Shown one piece after another: positions 34,057 to 43,984 of a DNA stretch of 64,000 bases. A model generated the notes under the pieces. It searched no databases. It was not told the DNA's origin and worked only from the letters and a program-made list of their open reading frames with translations. A program made the translations under genes and the position numbers. The stretch is taken from the NCBI GenBank assembly GCA_963761335.1, contig CAVXGR010000013.1, forward strand, positions 160,001 through 224,000, given 5' to 3'. Source of the DNA: an uncultured delta proteobacterium. Lineage in GTDB: Bacteria; Desulfobacterota; Binatia; HRBIN30; BPIQ01. How positions within the stretch are numbered: the stretch's first letter is position 1; every line of letters starts with the position of its first letter.

Positions 34057-34676
34057 CAGCACGCCCCACTGCGCAGCTTCGCCGCGGCCAACGCGAATGC
34101 CGCACGCAGCTGCTCGTAGCTGTGCGCCACCGGGAACTGGGGGAAGTCGCGGACGACGTTCTCCGGCGGTCGAAAGAGGATACCGGCGTCGGCCTCCGCC
34201 AGCATGGAGGTGTCGTTGTACGAATCGCCAGCCGCGACAACGTCGAGGTTGAGCAGCTTGAAGGCCATCACCGCCTTGCGCTTGCCGTCGCGAAGGCGGA
34301 GCCGGTAGTCGGCGACACGTCCTTGCGCGTCGATTGCCAGCGAGTTGCACAGCAGGCAGGGGTTGTCGAGCTGCGCCATGAGCGGCGCGGCAAACTCCTC
34401 GAAGGTGTCCGAAAGGATCACCACCTGAAAGCTCCCCCGCAGCCACTCGAGAAACTCGCGGGCCCCTTCCAGCGGCCCCATGCGGCCGATCACCTCCTGG
34501 AGATCGGTGAGCCGCAGCGAGTGTCGGTCGAGGATCTCCAGCCGGCCGCGCATCAGCTTGTCGTAGTCGGGCTCGTCCCGCGTCGTGCGCCGGAGGGCCT
34601 CGATTCCGGTGCTGGCGGCGACGTTGATCCAGATCTCCGGCACCAGAACTCCCTCGAGGTCCAGACAGGCGAGCAT
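34056..34676 (-). CDS. thrH: Phosphoserine phosphatase / homoserine phosphotransferase ThrH
   Basis: [35 protein letters not shown]. Confidence 0.93.
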   Translation of the reverse strand: MLACLDLEGVLVPEIWINVAASTGIEALRRTTRDEPDYDKLMRGRLEILDRHSLRLTDLQEVIGRMGPLEGAREFLEWLRGSFQVVILSDTFEEFAAPLMAQLDNPCLLCNSLAIDAQGRVADYRLRLRDGKRKAVMAFKLLNLDVVAAGDSYNDTSMLAEADAGILFRPPENVVRDFPQFPVAHSYEQLRAAFALAAAKLRSGAC

Positions 34677-34815
34677 GTCGCCTGGCTACCGATTCCACCG
34701 CCGCAGCGCAAGCCTCCCCGCACACTTGCACGGCGCGATTGCACGCCTGGCGTCCCTGACATAAAGGGCGGCATGGCAACAGCACCCAAGACGTATCCTC
34801 CCAACTACGCAGTCG

Positions 34816-34962
34816 ATGGATTGCGGGCACGTGCCGAAAGGGTGGATCAGGCCATACTACCCCGATCTTCAGCTGACCGGATTCGCGGAGCACGATGTCA
34901 TGGGGGCCTACTGGGCCGAGGCGCCGGAGAAGACCAAGCGCAAGGCCGCCGCGGCGCACTGA
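34816..34962 (+). CDS. Small hypothetical protein (48 aa)
   Basis: [48 protein letters not shown]; strong GC3 bias; stops 9 nt before nagZ. Confidence 0.5.
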   Translation: MDCGHVPKGWIRPYYPDLQLTGFAEHDVMGAYWAEAPEKTKRKAAAAH

Positions 34963-34971
34963 GAGGGCTCG

Positions 34972-36033
34972 ATGCGGCCACCGCTGGAACGGCTGCTGAC
35001 CATCGGCTTTGAGGGCACGACCCCGCCCGCGGAGCTGTTGGCTCTGATCGGCGCGGGCCTCGGCGGCGTCGTGCTGTTCCAGCGCAACATCCAAAACCCG
35101 GCGCAGCTGCTCGCCTTGGTCGGCGATCTCAAGGAAGCCGCCGGCGCGCGGCCTCTGGTGGTGTCGATCGACCAGGAAGGCGGCCGCGTCGCACGTCTCC
35201 GCGGCGCGCCTTGGGCGGAGGTGCCCCCCATGCGGCGCTTCGGCGAGCTGCCGTCGGAGACGCGGCTGACACGCGTGCGCGCTCTGGCCGAGCTGCTCGC
35301 CGCCGAGCTGGCGGCGGTCGGCATCGATCTCGACTTCGCACCGGTCCTCGACGTCGACACTCGCGCCGACAATCCGGTGATCGGCGATCGCTCCTTCTCG
35401 AGCCGCCCCGAGCGCGTCGCCGCACTCGGCGCCGAGTTCATCGCCGCCATGCAGGCAAGCGGCGTCGCCGCCTGCGGCAAGCACTTCCCCGGTCACGGCG
35501 ATACCGCCGTGGACTCACACCTCAACCTGCCGGTGATCACCCACGAGCGACAGCGAATAGAGGCCGTTGAGCTGCTTCCCTTTCGCGCTGCCTGTCGCGC
35601 CGGCGTCGCCGCCGTAATGACCGCCCACGTCCTCTACGAGAAGCTCGACGCCCAGCTGCCGGCAACGCTCTCCGCCCCCGTGCTCGACATCCTGCGCCGC
35701 CAGATCGGTTTCGACGGCGTCATCGTCAGCGACGATATGAATATGGACGGCGTGGCACGGCGATGGCCGCTCGTACGATCGGCACCGCTCGCCATCGCCG
35801 CGGGCTGCGATCAGCTGCTGGTGAGCAGTGGCCCGAGCCATGCCCAGGTCGCGTTGGCCGCCCTCGAGCGGGCCCTCGCGGAGGGGGCTCTCTCCGAGCG
35901 GCGCGTCAGCGAAGCGGCGGACCGCTGGGAGAACCTGGCTTCGGGCTACCAGCACCGGAATCCGGGGCCCAGCGCCCTCGAGTGGCTCGGCTCCGCGGGC
36001 CACCAGGCCGCCGTCGAGAGGGCCCTCGGCTGA
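34972..36033 (+). CDS. nagZ: Beta-N-acetylhexosaminidase (GH3)
   Basis: [30 protein letters not shown]. Confidence 0.93.
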   Translation: MRPPLERLLTIGFEGTTPPAELLALIGAGLGGVVLFQRNIQNPAQLLALVGDLKEAAGARPLVVSIDQEGGRVARLRGAPWAEVPPMRRFGELPSETRLTRVRALAELLAAELAAVGIDLDFAPVLDVDTRADNPVIGDRSFSSRPERVAALGAEFIAAMQASGVAACGKHFPGHGDTAVDSHLNLPVITHERQRIEAVELLPFRAACRAGVAAVMTAHVLYEKLDAQLPATLSAPVLDILRRQIGFDGVIVSDDMNMDGVARRWPLVRSAPLAIAAGCDQLLVSSGPSHAQVALAALERALAEGALSERRVSEAADRWENLASGYQHRNPGPSALEWLGSAGHQAAVERALG

Positions 36034-36051
36034 TCCCCCGGCCTCCCCGCG

Positions 36052-36981
36052 CTACAGCGCCGGCAGCACCTTCTCCGCAAAGAGCTGGAGCGTCTCGGGA
36101 GCGTTGAAGTCGCTGAACAGCACGGTGAAGAAGGTCACCCCCTGATCGCGACGGCGGCGCATCTGCTCGGCAACCTGCTCGGGCGTGCCGCGGAAGGCGC
36201 TCTTCTCGAGGTCGAACACACGGCCGAGAAGCTGCTTCGCCACTCCCCACTTCTCCTTGAAGTCGGCCTCGGTGGCGCCGAGCACGGCGACGCACTGCTC
36301 CGAGATCTCGATCTCGCCGAAGTCGCGCCCGACCGCCTCGCAGTGGCGCTCGAGAACCTCGATCTTGTGCGCCAGCTCCGTCGCCTGGTTGTTCGGGCAG
36401 TTCCAGATGTCGGCGTGCTGCGCCACTACTCGCAGCAGCAGCTTCTCTCCGCCACCGCCGATCAGAATCGGCGGGTGCGGCTTCTGCACCGGCTTGGGAT
36501 TGTTGACGGCGTCGCGCACCGAGTAGTACTTGCCCTCGAAGGTGGCGCGCGACTCGGTGAACAGCTGCTTCATCACCACCAAGCCTTCCTCCAGCTGCTC
36601 GATGCGCACCTTCGCCGGCGGGAAGGGATAGCCGTATGCCTCGTACTCCTCGTTCATCCAGCCGGCGCCGATGCCGATGTCGAGCCGACCGTTGCTGATC
36701 ACGTCGAGAGTCGACGCCATCTTCGCCAGCAGCGCCGGATTGCGGTAGGAGTTGCACAGCACCAGCGCCCCGAGCCGCAGCTTCTCGGTCACCGAGGCCA
36801 GTGCCGACATGACCGTCCACGACTCCAGGTGATCGACCTCGGGCATACCGCGCGACCACATGTGGTCCACCACCCAGAGGGAGTCGAAACCCAGGCGCTC
36901 GGCGAGTTGTGCCCGATCGCGGATCGCCGCGAAGGGAACGCCCACCTGCGGGAAGAAGAGTCCAACCTTCGTCTGTCTCAC
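36052..36981 (-). CDS. LLM-class flavin/F420-dependent oxidoreductase
   Basis: AERLGFDSLWVVDH, YRNPALLAKMASTLDVISNGR, PKPVQKPHPPILIGGGGE. Confidence 0.9.
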   Translation of the reverse strand: MRQTKVGLFFPQVGVPFAAIRDRAQLAERLGFDSLWVVDHMWSRGMPEVDHLESWTVMSALASVTEKLRLGALVLCNSYRNPALLAKMASTLDVISNGRLDIGIGAGWMNEEYEAYGYPFPPAKVRIEQLEEGLVVMKQLFTESRATFEGKYYSVRDAVNNPKPVQKPHPPILIGGGGEKLLLRVVAQHADIWNCPNNQATELAHKIEVLERHCEAVGRDFGEIEISEQCVAVLGATEADFKEKWGVAKQLLGRVFDLEKSAFRGTPEQVAEQMRRRRDQGVTFFTVLFSDFNAPETLQLFAEKVLPAL

Positions 36982-37199
36982 AAAAGGTCCTTTCCCGTCC
37001 TGTGGAGGACGATGTCTACAGCCAGCCGGGTCGGCCGCCAAGCGTGGGCGGCCGGAGCCGCCGGCGCCCTTATAGAAGAACGCCGGGCCGTTGTCAGCAG
37101 CCAGAGTGAAATCGGCACCCGCCTCCCCATACGTGGAGGCGCGGCGGTTGCGCACGCCGCCTCGTTTCGCGTAAACGGGAGAGAAGGACAGATTTTGCC

Positions 37200-38279
37200 A
37201 TGAAGAGACGCGTCGCCGTGATTGGCGCTACCGGCATCGCCGGCCAGCAGTTCCTGGTCGCTCTCGACCACCATCCGTGGTTCGAGGTGGCCGCCCTGGC
37301 CGCCTCCTCGCGCTCGGCAGGGAAGAGCTACGCAGAAGCCATCCGCGATCCCAAGACGGGAGCGCAGCGGTGGTGGTGCAACGAAGCGCCGCCGGCGTCG
37401 ATGCTGGAGCTGCCGGTGGTCGAGGCGGCGTCCTTCGACGCCGCCGGCGTCGACATCGTCTTCAGCGCCGTCGAGTCCGACGTCGCCCGCGAGCTCGAGC
37501 CGCGCTATGCGCGCACGACGGCGGTGGTCAGCACCGCCTCCGCCTTCCGCTACGAAGACGACGTGCCGATCATCGTTCCCGGAGTCAACCTGGAGCACAG
37601 CCGTCTGATCGAGGTCCAGCGCCGGGGACGCGGCTGGAAAGGCTTCGTGGCGCCGATTCCCAACTGCACCACGACCGGCCTGGTGATCACTCTGAAGCCG
37701 CTGCTCCAACACTTCGGCCTCCGCCGCGTGGTGTTGACCTCGATGCAGGGAATCTCGGGCGCCGGGCGCTCGCCGGGCGTCGCCGCCCTCGACATCATCG
37801 ACAACATCGTGCCCTTCATTCCCGGAGAGGAAGAGAAGGTCGCGCGCGAGACCGGCAAGATCCTCGGCACGTTGGTCGAGGGCGGTATCGCACCGGTCGG
37901 CGTTCCGGTCAGCGCCACCTGCACGCGCGCCGCGGTGATCGAAGGCCACACCGAGGCCGTGCTGGTCTCCACCGAACGCGCCTGTAGCCCGGCCGAGGCG
38001 CGGGCGGCAATGGAAGCGCACGGCGCCGATCTGGCGGAGCTGCGCCTGCCCTCGGCGCCGCAGAAGTTGATCGTGGTCCATAGCGATCCCTTCCGGCCGC
38101 AGCCGAGACTCGACCGCGACCTCGACGGCGGCATGGCCACCAGCGTCGGGCGGCTGCGCGCCGACGCCGCTTTCGACAACGGCCTCAAGTACGTGCTGGT
38201 CTCCCACAACACCAAGATGGGCGCCGCCAAGGGCGCCGTCCTGGTCGCCGAGTACCTGGCGCAGGCCGGGTACTGCTGA
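37200..38279 (+). CDS. asd: Aspartate-semialdehyde dehydrogenase (archaeal/fungal-like subtype)
   Basis: GATGIAGQ, PNCTT, QGISGAG, DNIVPFI..EEEK, RPQPRLDR, SHNTKMGAA. Confidence 0.92.
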   Translation: MKRRVAVIGATGIAGQQFLVALDHHPWFEVAALAASSRSAGKSYAEAIRDPKTGAQRWWCNEAPPASMLELPVVEAASFDAAGVDIVFSAVESDVARELEPRYARTTAVVSTASAFRYEDDVPIIVPGVNLEHSRLIEVQRRGRGWKGFVAPIPNCTTTGLVITLKPLLQHFGLRRVVLTSMQGISGAGRSPGVAALDIIDNIVPFIPGEEEKVARETGKILGTLVEGGIAPVGVPVSATCTRAAVIEGHTEAVLVSTERACSPAEARAAMEAHGADLAELRLPSAPQKLIVVHSDPFRPQPRLDRDLDGGMATSVGRLRADAAFDNGLKYVLVSHNTKMGAAKGAVLVAEYLAQAGYC

Positions 38280-38412
38280 GCACCGCCGCGATGCCGCGTG
38301 GCTCGCCTGGAGCCTCTTCCTCCCCGATCGACGCCAGCGCGCCAGGCGAGACCGCGCCGCGCTTGTCTCCCCGCCCTTCGCCCGCCATGCTGGCGTGGAA
38401 GGCCTTCGGCTG

Positions 38413-39006
38413 ATGGAGATCCGCGGCGAGCGCATCCGGCTCCGCTCCTTTGCGCGCAGCGATGCTGCCGACGTCTTTGCCTATGCCAGCGATCCCGACG
38501 TGAGCCGCTATCTCGACTGGCTGCCGCACCGCAGCCTTCTCGAGAGCGAGCGCTTCGTCGACCACTGCCTGCGACAACCGCCGGCGGTGCTCCTTCCGTT
38601 CGCAGTCGAGGACATGGCGAGCGCTCACGTCGTCGGCTCCTTCGAGATTCGCGTGGTGGATGCCATCCGCCGTATCGGCGAGATCGGCTACGCGCTGGCG
38701 CGGCCGTACTGGGGCCGCGGCTACAATCTGGAGGCCGGCCGCCTGCTCCTCGATCACGCCTTCGCGGAGCTGCACATGCTGCGCGTCCAGGCGGTCTGCG
38801 ACGTCGAGAATCGCCGCTCGTATCGCACCATGGAGAAGCTCGGTATGGTGCGCGAGCGCGTCCTGCCCCGCTATCGGCGCCGCTCCGGCACCTACGTCGA
38901 CAGCTACCTGTACGGCCTCCTCTGGCGCGAGTGGGCCAACCTCTGCAGCGCCGCGCAGGTGCCGGCGGGCGCCGATCGCCGCGGCGCGCCACCGCAGAGG
39001 ACATGA
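38413..39006 (+). CDS. RimJ/RimL-family GNAT N-acetyltransferase
   Basis: EIGYALARPYWGRGY, ENRRSYRTMEKLGM. Confidence 0.88.
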   Translation: MEIRGERIRLRSFARSDAADVFAYASDPDVSRYLDWLPHRSLLESERFVDHCLRQPPAVLLPFAVEDMASAHVVGSFEIRVVDAIRRIGEIGYALARPYWGRGYNLEAGRLLLDHAFAELHMLRVQAVCDVENRRSYRTMEKLGMVRERVLPRYRRRSGTYVDSYLYGLLWREWANLCSAAQVPAGADRRGAPPQRT

Positions 39007-39010
39007 CGCC

Positions 39011-40507
39011 ATGGCGACCTTGTGGAGCGCCATCGCCGCGACCGCCGCTCGCCGGGGCGATGCCGTCGCCGTCCTCTGGGAGGACGAGGCGGTCACCTTC
39101 GCCGACCTCGAGCACATCAGCACGGGCGTCGCCAACGCCCTGCTGAGGCGCGGCGTACGGCCAGGCGACCGCGTCGGCGTCGCCCTGCCCAACTCGCTCG
39201 AGCTGATCGGACTTCTTCTCGGGGTGCTTCGGCTGGGCGCGGTGTACGTGCCCTTGAACCCCGCCTTCACCGCCGCCGAAGCCGTCTACATCATCGAGGA
39301 TGTCGGCGCCCATATCGCCATCACTCACGATGCCCTTGCGGCGGAGATCCTCGCCGGCTGGTCGCAGCTGTCTCATCGCGTCGTCCCCGAGCTGCCGCTC
39401 GAGCACGGCGAGCCCCATACGCCACACGCCGGGGAAGAGGAGCACGCCGCGCTGGTGGTCTATACTTCGGGAACCACCGGCCGGCCGAAGGGAGCCGTCC
39501 TCTCGCATCGCGCCCTGCTCTCCAACCTGGAGGCAGTAGCCGCCGCCTGGGAGTGGACCCCGGAGGACCGCTTGCTCTTGACCCTGCCCTGCAGCCACCT
39601 GCACGGCCTCGCCCTCGGCGTCCTCGGCTCATTGCTCGCCGGCTCCAGCATCGCCCTGCGGCGCCGCTTCGTCGCCGAGGACGTCCCCACCGATCTCGAG
39701 CGTTCCGCCGCGACCATGTTCTTCGGCGTGCCCACCATGTACAACCGGCTCGTGCAGCTGCCACCCGCGGTCGCTGCCGCCGGCCTGTCGCGCGTGCGCC
39801 TGTGGGTCTCGGGGTCGGCACCGCTCCTGGCGGCGACCTTCGAGCGCTTTGAGCAGATCTACGGGCAGCAGATCCTCGAGCGTTTCGGCATGAGCGAAGG
39901 CGGCTTCATGATCGCCGCGCCCTACCGCGGCGTCCGCCGCGCCGGTGTGGTCGGCGTGCCGCTGCCGGGGGTCGAGGTGCGCATCGCCGACGAGGACGCC
40001 GACGATCGCGGCACTCTGCGCGATGTCGCCGAAGGCGATCCCGGGGAGCTCTTGGTGCGCGGGCAGAATCTCTTCAGCGGATACTGGAACGACCCCGAGG
40101 CGACCCGCGCCGCTTTCATCGGCGATTGGTTCCGCAGCGGAGATATCGCGGCGCGCGAGCCGGACGGAATGATCCGTATCGCCGGGCGCCGCTCGGTCGA
40201 CATCCTGAAAACGCGCGGTTACAAGGTCAGCGCGGTGGAGATCGAGAACCGGCTGCAGTCGTATCCGGGTGTCGGCGAAGTCGCGGTCGTCGGCCTGCCG
40301 CACTCCGACTGGGGCGAGGAGATCGTCGCGGTCGTGGCACCATCGTCCCGGGCCGGCGCACCGAGCCCCGAAGAGCTGCTCGCCTGGGCGCGCCAGGCGC
40401 TCGCGCCTTACAAGGTCCCGACCCGCGTCGTCTTCGTGGACGAGATTCCGCGCACTGGCCCGGGAAAGTTTCGCAAGCGGGAGATCATCCGCCGCCTCGC
40501 CGGCTGA
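39011..40507 (+). CDS. Acyl-CoA synthetase (MatB-like, ANL superfamily)
   Basis: YTSGTTGRPKG, FFGVPTMY, ERFGMSE, WFRSGD, YKVP, GKFRK. Confidence 0.9.
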   Translation: MATLWSAIAATAARRGDAVAVLWEDEAVTFADLEHISTGVANALLRRGVRPGDRVGVALPNSLELIGLLLGVLRLGAVYVPLNPAFTAAEAVYIIEDVGAHIAITHDALAAEILAGWSQLSHRVVPELPLEHGEPHTPHAGEEEHAALVVYTSGTTGRPKGAVLSHRALLSNLEAVAAAWEWTPEDRLLLTLPCSHLHGLALGVLGSLLAGSSIALRRRFVAEDVPTDLERSAATMFFGVPTMYNRLVQLPPAVAAAGLSRVRLWVSGSAPLLAATFERFEQIYGQQILERFGMSEGGFMIAAPYRGVRRAGVVGVPLPGVEVRIADEDADDRGTLRDVAEGDPGELLVRGQNLFSGYWNDPEATRAAFIGDWFRSGDIAAREPDGMIRIAGRRSVDILKTRGYKVSAVEIENRLQSYPGVGEVAVVGLPHSDWGEEIVAVVAPSSRAGAPSPEELLAWARQALAPYKVPTRVVFVDEIPRTGPGKFRKREIIRRLAG

Positions 40508-40611
40508 GACCGGCGAGCCGCTCCCTATCCCTACCGCGGCGGCGCCGTTTTCTGTATATGGTCTGCGCCCTCGCGGACACGGTGTCTGCGGGAACAATCA
40601 GCGGAGGGGGG

Positions 40612-42120
40612 ATGAGCAGAGTCAGGATCACGTTGCTGTTCGCGGCCGTGCTCGCCGGGTGCGGTGGAGAGATCGTCGTTCCGGCGCCGGTACCGACCGA
40701 GACCGGCACACCGGCGATCGCACCAACGGCCGAAGCGACGGCGAGTGCCACCGCGCCGCGACTCGCCAGCCCCAGCGGCACTCCCCTCCCCTCCACCGCG
40801 GCACGCAGCTCGACCCCAACCCCCACACCGACCGCTGCACTCACGGAGACGGCCACACCCGCGCCGACACTCGGCAGCGGAGCCAACATCGGCTACCTCG
40901 GCGTGCTGCGCGCCGACAATACGCGCACCGACCCGGTCGAGCTCGACACCGTCGGACGGCCGGTGTTCGAAAGACCGGTGGGCAACGGCTTCGTCATCGT
41001 CGTCGAGGCCAAGCCGGGGACAGACGGGGCTCGGGTCGGCACTTCGTCGTTCGCTTACGACCCCTTGGATCCGTCGGTGCGACCGGACCTCCAGGTGGAG
41101 GTCAGCAGGGATCTCGGCAACGGCAGCTCCGCCGTCTGCGACAACTCGTCCGGCGACTTCGGCGGTGTACCCGGGATCACACCGACGCGCTTCGATGAGC
41201 TGCAGCCGATCTCGGATGCCCTCAACGACCTCGGATGCCGTTTCGTCGACGGCACCGGCGAGCCGCAGGGGCGCATCGAAGCGGAATCCTGCATTCTCTT
41301 TCCCGACGGGGAGTATCACTTCGTCGACCCCAGCGACACGGTGCAGTTCTGCGCCACGATCACCCGGCCCATGTCCTTTCCCGAAGGCGACACGGTGGTC
41401 ACGGCACAGGTGCGCGACACTAGCGGCGAGGTCGGTCCGCAGAGACAGCTCGTCATCCGCGTGGTTGGCGCGCCGCCAGTCACCCCGCATGCGACCGCGA
41501 CAGCCACTCCGACGATCAGCGCCACAGGCGCCAACATCGGCTACCTCGGAATCCTGCGCGGCGACAACACCGTCGTCGAGCCGACAGAGTACGACGACGC
41601 CGGCCGCCCTGTTTTCGACCGGCCCGTCGGCAGCGGCTTCGTCATCGTCGTCGACGCCAAGCCCGGGGCCAGCCGCGTCCCCGTGGGTCCGCTGACCTAC
41701 GACTACGTCCCCAGCGATCTGAGCGTGCGCCCGGATCTGCAGATCCAGGTGAATCGGCCGCTCGGCAACGGCAGCCCCGTGGTCTGTGACAACACCAGCG
41801 GCAACTTCGGCGGCGTGCCGGGGATCGATCCCAACGACTTCGAGATCACGGAAACGGTCTCCGATGCCCTGAACGATCTCGGCTGTCGCTTCCTGGATGG
41901 TTTCGGCGACGCGCGAGGACGCACATCAGACGAGGCGTGCGTGCTCTTCCCCGACGGCATCTTTCGCTTCATCGATCCGTCCGCCCGAGTCGAATTTTGC
42001 GGCACGATCACTCGGCCTCTGATCTTTCCCGCCGGGGAAACCACGGTCACCGCGCGCGTCCGCGATACCAGCGGCGCCACCGGACCAGAGCGACAGATCA
42101 TCGTTCGCGTCGGGCAGTAG
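40612..42120 (+). CDS. Lipoprotein with Thr/Pro linker and two tandem ~195-aa Cys-containing domains
   Basis: Lipobox LAGC; repeats begin GANIGYLG at 40879 and 41527. Confidence 0.82.
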   Translation: MSRVRITLLFAAVLAGCGGEIVVPAPVPTETGTPAIAPTAEATASATAPRLASPSGTPLPSTAARSSTPTPTPTAALTETATPAPTLGSGANIGYLGVLRADNTRTDPVELDTVGRPVFERPVGNGFVIVVEAKPGTDGARVGTSSFAYDPLDPSVRPDLQVEVSRDLGNGSSAVCDNSSGDFGGVPGITPTRFDELQPISDALNDLGCRFVDGTGEPQGRIEAESCILFPDGEYHFVDPSDTVQFCATITRPMSFPEGDTVVTAQVRDTSGEVGPQRQLVIRVVGAPPVTPHATATATPTISATGANIGYLGILRGDNTVVEPTEYDDAGRPVFDRPVGSGFVIVVDAKPGASRVPVGPLTYDYVPSDLSVRPDLQIQVNRPLGNGSPVVCDNTSGNFGGVPGIDPNDFEITETVSDALNDLGCRFLDGFGDARGRTSDEACVLFPDGIFRFIDPSARVEFCGTITRPLIFPAGETTVTARVRDTSGATGPERQIIVRVGQ

Positions 42121-42303
42121 GCGCCTCCTTCGCACCTGACTGGTCATCTGCCAGTCCCGGGCGTCAAAAAAATCGCAGGCGGCTGTCATTTTACGGCTCC
42201 AGCGGCGTGCGGGTACGCGCGACACAATCCGTCCCCGACATGCCTCGCGGAGGAAACCCTTGAGTTCCATGGGTATCTGGCTCTCAACCGCCCCTTGAGC
42301 AGC

Positions 42304-42320
42304 TTGGCACGCTGGCTGCT
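42304..42320 (+). promoter_or_regulatory. Sigma-54 (-24/-12) promoter upstream of the pilin gene
   Basis: TTGGCACGCTGGCTGCT has exact GG-N10-GC spacing; pilA genes are classically RpoN/PilR-driven. Confidence 0.75.
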
Positions 42321-42473
42321 TCTCCCAGATGCAGGTCGCAAGCTGCTGAAAACGGATCGATCCAATCGTGGTGGGGAGTTAGTGGGGCGACCAAAGAATT
42401 CAAGGGTCGGGTACCCGCAAGGGCCCAAAAACAAAATTGACTGTCCGCGAGACAGGAAAAGGAGAAGATTCTC

Positions 42474-42851
42474 ATGAAAGTTCAGGGAAACAAGGGCTTC
42501 ACGCTGATCGAATTGCTGGTTGTGGTCGCCATCATCGGCATCCTGGCGGCAATCGCCATTCCGCAGTTCGCCGCCTACCGCCAGCGCGGTTTCGATGCGC
42601 GCGCCAACTCGGATCTGCGCAATGCCGGGACGGCCGAGGAAGCCTACTTCGCCACCTACCAGGTGTACGTCGCCACGTCGGCTAGCGCCCCTGGCCCGGT
42701 CGCAGCGCTTCCGGGTCTGAGCCTCTCCCAGGGCGTGACCCTGACTATGGCTTTGGCTGGTACCACGGGCTTCACGGGTACCTCCAACGCCGGTGCCGCG
42801 GGCACGGGGAAGGTCTTCAGCTACAACAGCGCCAACGGTGGTATGCAGTAA
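42474..42851 (+). CDS. pilA: Type IVa major pilin
   Basis: Prepilin site KG/FTLIELLVVVAIIGILAAIAIPQF; SD AGGAG; own sigma-54 promoter and terminator. Confidence 0.9.
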   Translation: MKVQGNKGFTLIELLVVVAIIGILAAIAIPQFAAYRQRGFDARANSDLRNAGTAEEAYFATYQVYVATSASAPGPVAALPGLSLSQGVTLTMALAGTTGFTGTSNAGAAGTGKVFSYNSANGGMQ

Positions 42852-42875
42852 AGCTCAACCGTCCACCCCAGCCAG

Positions 42876-42910
42876 AGGGGCTCGGCCGCAAGGTCGGGCC
42901 CCTTTTTTTT
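42876..42910 (+). terminator. Rho-independent terminator of pilA
   Basis: AGGGGCTCGGCC-GCAA-GGTCGGGCCCCT followed by a T run. Confidence 0.92.
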
Positions 42911-43008
42911 GCGCGCGGCCAACGGGCCGCAAGGCGCGGGAAGCGGGTGGATCGGCTGGAGCCTCGCCTCGAAATCCCCTCCCGAACGCGCTTGACCAGG
43001 GCCGCCGA

Positions 43009-43323
43009 ATGAAGCACCTTGCCGGGTCGAACATGCGCGCCGAGGCGAACAAGATGATGCTGGGTTTCGTGGTCCGCCGCTGTGCGGCGGAGCTCGGACA
43101 CGAGCCCAGTGCCGACGAGCTCGCGGAATGGGCGAACAACCAACGCGATTCCCGCGGTGAGTATCGCGTCTTCGGCCGGCCGATCTCCAAAGGCGAGGCG
43201 GGCGTAATCCTCCGCCATCCGCAGCGCCTGGTGGCGGTCCGCAATGCCGCCACACCTGCACAGCCGGATCTGCCGGCGCGCGCCAACAACGTCATCCGCT
43301 TCGACCTCAACCGCCGACGCTGA
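43009..43323 (+). CDS. Hypothetical protein
   Basis: 104-aa ORF with coding-like composition (MKHLAGSNMRAEANKMMLGFVVRRC...). Confidence 0.65.
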   Translation: MKHLAGSNMRAEANKMMLGFVVRRCAAELGHEPSADELAEWANNQRDSRGEYRVFGRPISKGEAGVILRHPQRLVAVRNAATPAQPDLPARANNVIRFDLNRRR

Positions 43324-43515
43324 TCCCCCTCCCTCGACACCTCGACCCCTCAACACCCAACACCTCATCACCTTGACACGTCGGTGGCGGTGATTACCTA
43401 CAGCCGCAGACAGTGATTCAGCAGGCGGCGACGGCGCAGATCGGCCGGGCACAACGCCGCCACAAATCAAGATACTAATTCTTGCGAGACCTCAGGGTCT
43501 CGAGGAGGAGGCATT

Positions 43516-43968
43516 ATGGCATTGCTGCGCTTTCGTTCGGGGTCTGATCCGCTGGATGACTTGCTCCGCCTGCAGCGGCAGCTCGATCAGTTCTTCGGGG
43601 CGGCGTCGATGGGCGGCTCCCTGGCGTTGCCGGGGCGCGGGGTCTTCCCGCCGGTCGACGTCTTCGACAAGGGCGACGCCGTGGTGGTGAAGACGGAGCT
43701 GCCCGGCATGAAGCTCCAGGACATCGAGCTGGTTACCGAAAATGACACGCTCACCATCAGCGGCAAGCGAACCATCCGCTTCGACGCGGAGAAGCCGCGG
43801 TTCCACCGCCGCGAACGCGATCAGGGCGAGTTCCGCCGGGTCGTGCGCCTGCCGGCGAAGCTGAACACGGAAGCCGCCAAGGCAACCTACGGCAACGGCG
43901 TGCTGACGGTCACCATCCCCAAGGCCAAAGAGTCCCAGCCGCGCCAGATCAGTGTTCAGGCAGCGTAA
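43516..43968 (+). CDS. Small heat shock protein (Hsp20)
   Basis: FPPVDV, ELPG, RER..GEFRR, ATYGNGVLTVTIPK; SD GGAGGAGG. Confidence 0.93.
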   Translation: MALLRFRSGSDPLDDLLRLQRQLDQFFGAASMGGSLALPGRGVFPPVDVFDKGDAVVVKTELPGMKLQDIELVTENDTLTISGKRTIRFDAEKPRFHRRERDQGEFRRVVRLPAKLNTEAAKATYGNGVLTVTIPKAKESQPRQISVQAA

Positions 43969-43984
43969 GGGCAGGAGATTGAAA

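Noticed and set aside
32770..35496. 908-aa ORF suggesting a HemL fusion
   Set aside because: The N-terminal extension overlaps thrH and nagZ in other frames; the real hemL starts at 34056.
42330..42473. Possible c-di-GMP riboswitch in the pilA leader
   Set aside because: Only a short GCAA-capped hairpin is visible; the two-stem GEMM architecture could not be matched.
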